From NCBI RefSeq assembly GCF_003334385.1, contig NZ_QOWN01000044.1: a DNA stretch of 37,124 nt; one strand, written 5' to 3'. Under the pieces are notes generated by a model, which saw only the letters and a program-made list of their open reading frames with translations, had not been told where the DNA came from and ran no database searches. Positions 35,248 to 37,124 of this stretch are shown in pieces. The position numbers and the translations under genes were made by a program. Position 1 is the stretch's first letter. Every line of letters starts with the position of its first letter. The stretch is from Escherichia coli. Its GTDB lineage: Bacteria > Pseudomonadota > Gammaproteobacteria > Enterobacterales > Enterobacteriaceae.

Positions 35248-35427
35248 ATGGCCGAACATCGTGGTGGTTCAGGAAATTTCGCCGAAGACCGTGAGAAGGC
35301 ATCCGACGCAGGCCGTAAAGGCGGTCAGCATAGCGGCGGTAATTTTAAAAATGATCCGCAACGCGCATCTGAAGCGGGTAAAAAAGGCGGTCAACAAAGC
35401 GGTGGTAATAAATCAGGCAAATCCTGA
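35248..35427 (+). CDS. yciG: KGG-repeat general stress protein YciG
   Basis: 59 aa from the ATG at 35248 (MAEHRGGSGNFAEDREKASDAGRKGGQHSGGNF...), Gly/Lys-rich with an internal repeat. The track ORF 35191..35427 starts 19 codons upstream. Confidence 0.85.
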   Translation: MAEHRGGSGNFAEDREKASDAGRKGGQHSGGNFKNDPQRASEAGKKGGQQSGGNKSGKS

Positions 35428-35512
35428 TTCACCGTTAATTATTAATATCAGCTGATAAAGATAATTGCATCTGCGGGCCGTATGGCTCGCAGTGATTTCA
35501 CTGGAGAAAAAT

Positions 35513-36013
35513 ATGAATATGAAGACCATTGAAGATGTATTTATTCACCTGCTTTCAGATACCTACAGCGCAGAAAAACAATTAACCCGGGCACTGGCAA
35601 AACTCGCAAGAGCAACATCAAATGAAAAATTAAGTCAGGCTTTTCATGCGCACCTCGAGGAAACTCATGGACAGATTGAACGTATTGATCAAGTTGTGGA
35701 GTCCGAATCGAACCTGAAAATTAAGCGCATGAAATGTGTGGCAATGGAAGGTCTTATTGAAGAAGCTAATGAGGTCATCGAAAGTACCGAGAAAAACGAA
35801 GTGCGTGATGCCGCACTGATTGCCGCAGCACAGAAAGTCGAGCATTATGAGATTGCCAGTTACGGGACATTAGCGACGCTGGCTGAACAATTAGGTTACC
35901 GTAAAGCAGCGAAGCTTCTGAAAGAAACCCTGGAAGAAGAAAAGGCCACCGACATCAAACTGACTGATCTGGCCATTAATAACGTAAATAAGAAAGCCGA
36001 AAATAAAGCCTGA
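35513..36013 (+). CDS. yciF: Ferritin-like DUF892 protein YciF
   Basis: 166 aa from the ATG at 35513 (MNMKTIEDVFIHLLSDTYSAEKQ...), preceded by GGAGAA. The track ORF starts 16 codons upstream. Confidence 0.9.
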   Translation: MNMKTIEDVFIHLLSDTYSAEKQLTRALAKLARATSNEKLSQAFHAHLEETHGQIERIDQVVESESNLKIKRMKCVAMEGLIEEANEVIESTEKNEVRDAALIAAAQKVEHYEIASYGTLATLAEQLGYRKAAKLLKETLEEEKATDIKLTDLAINNVNKKAENKA

Positions 36014-36058
36014 AATATGAATTTTAACTTTTAGTCATTTTATAAAGAGGACATTTTC

Positions 36059-36565
36059 ATGAATCGTATTGAACATTATCATGACTGGTTACGTGACGCC
36101 CACGCAATGGAAAAGCAAGCCGAATCTATGCTTGAATCCATGGCCAGCCGTATAGATAATTATCCTGAACTACGCGCTCGTATTGAACAACATCTTAGTG
36201 AAACCAAAAACCAGATTGTTCAACTGGAAACTATTCTTGATCGTAATGACATTTCACGTTCAGTCATTAAAGATTCCATGAGTAAAATGGCTGCGCTTGG
36301 GCAGTCAATCGGTGGTATATTCCCTTCTGATGAAATAGTCAAAGGCTCTATTAGCGGATATGTCTTCGAGCAATTTGAAATCGCCTGTTACACCTCACTA
36401 TTAGCAGCAGCAAAAAATGCCGGTGATACAGCTTCAATTCCAACCATCGAAGCGATTTTAAATGAGGAAAAGCAAATGGCCGACTGGCTGATTCAGAATA
36501 TTCCGCAAACAACTGAGAAATTTTTAATTCGCTCTGAAACTGATGGCGTAGAAGCGAAGAAATAA
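36059..36565 (+). CDS. yciE: Ferritin-like DUF892 protein YciE
   Basis: 168 aa; paralogous in fold to YciF. AAGAGGA upstream of the ATG. Confidence 0.9.
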   Translation: MNRIEHYHDWLRDAHAMEKQAESMLESMASRIDNYPELRARIEQHLSETKNQIVQLETILDRNDISRSVIKDSMSKMAALGQSIGGIFPSDEIVKGSISGYVFEQFEIACYTSLLAAAKNAGDTASIPTIEAILNEEKQMADWLIQNIPQTTEKFLIRSETDGVEAKK

Positions 36566-36589
36566 TACCCTTTATACCATGTCCTTATT

Positions 36590-36618
36590 GACCCCGTATA
36601 TTACGGGGTCGTTTTTGT
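36590..36618. terminator. Bidirectional terminator between yciE and the ompW remnant
   Basis: GACCCCGTA-tat-TACGGGGTC followed by GTTTTTGTG, between the two convergent stop codons. Confidence 0.7.
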
Positions 36619-36624
36619 GCGGAA

Positions 36625-36741
36625 TTAAAAACGATATCCTGCTGAGAACATAAACACCCACGGATCGAGGCGTACGCTATCGTGTTGCTGTGCACCGCCC
36701 AGCTTATAATTGGCGGTGGTATCGATATCCATGTACCACAC
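36625..36741 (-). pseudogene. ompW: 3'-terminal fragment of outer membrane protein W gene (last ~38 codons only)
   Basis: Minus-strand frame encodes ...VWYMDIDTTANYKLGGAQQHDSVRLDPWVFMFSAGYRF-stop, matching the OmpW C-terminus as I remember it. Upstream of codon V the frame diverges (HIFYNLP instead of DWLVNMS), hits a TAA within 12 codons, and the DNA becomes AT-rich and non-coding. Confidence 0.6.
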
Positions 36742-36838
36742 TGGTAGATTATAAAAAATGTGATAAACAGCTATTTATAAAAGGAAAAACAAACTTTTAT
36801 GGTGATTTTTCATACCGTTTTTCTGTGTTTTTAACTGA

Positions 36839-37066
36839 TTGATTTTGTTAAAGTCTTTTTTTGTTTTGCAGAGGCTTATCCCCCCTTATAGTCATTCCAT
36901 AACTAACGGATATGACCATGTGGACGTGATTGTCAGAACCACCAGCAATGATGGACTCACCATTTTAAGAGTTGTAAATAAAGAATCCGCGCACGAATTT
37001 GTACAGGAAACGCTGCAGGAAGCCTGGGAAACCGCTGAACTGCTTTATCCAATAACGCGATCATAA
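36839..37066 (+). CDS. Hypothetical ORF in the non-ompW DNA beyond the truncation point
   Basis: 75-codon open frame with no in-frame ATG; candidate starts are TTG 36839 or GTG 36920, neither with a good Shine-Dalgarno. Product (...VDVIVRTTSNDGLTILRVVNKESAHEFVQETLQEAWETAELLYPITRS) is not one I recognise. May be non-coding. Confidence 0.2.
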   Translation: MILLKSFFVLQRLIPPYSHSITNGYDHVDVIVRTTSNDGLTILRVVNKESAHEFVQETLQEAWETAELLYPITRS

Positions 37067-37124
37067 TCACGGCAATAACATATTTTTTATGACATTATCC
37101 GTCATGTATGACATAACAACTATC

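Noticed and set aside
35216-35455. 79-aa alternative-frame ORF overlapping yciG
   Set aside because: Overlaps yciG in a different frame on the same strand; the yciG frame has a ribosome-binding site and a recognisable repeat protein, this one does not.

Overview
This window is conserved Escherichia coli chromosomal core, the fabI to trp to ompW segment (about 28 to 29 min on the K-12 map), read in reverse orientation relative to K-12 numbering. Gene order, identified from the translated ORFs and remembered protein families rather than any database search, is: fabI, yciW, rnb, pdeR(yciR), yciZ, yciT, osmB, yciH, pyrF, lapB(yciM), lapA(yciS), pgpB, ribA, acnA, ymiA-yciX, cysB, topA, yciN, sohB, yciK, btuR, rluB, yciQ, yciO, trpH, the complete trp operon (promoter/operator, trpL leader, attenuator, trpEDCBA, trp t terminator), yciG, yciF, yciE. 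I found no rRNA, tRNA, CRISPR array or recognisable IS element. The one clear structural anomaly is at the 3' end: only the last ~38 codons of ompW remain (36625-36741, minus strand), abutting AT-rich DNA (36742-37124) that is not ompW. This looks like the junction of an inserted element, possibly a prophage, running off the window. Apart from that junction I see no evidence for a novel multi-gene system; the other findings are smaller observations (a trp operator variant, small-protein ORFs, stem-loops, low-complexity protein tails).
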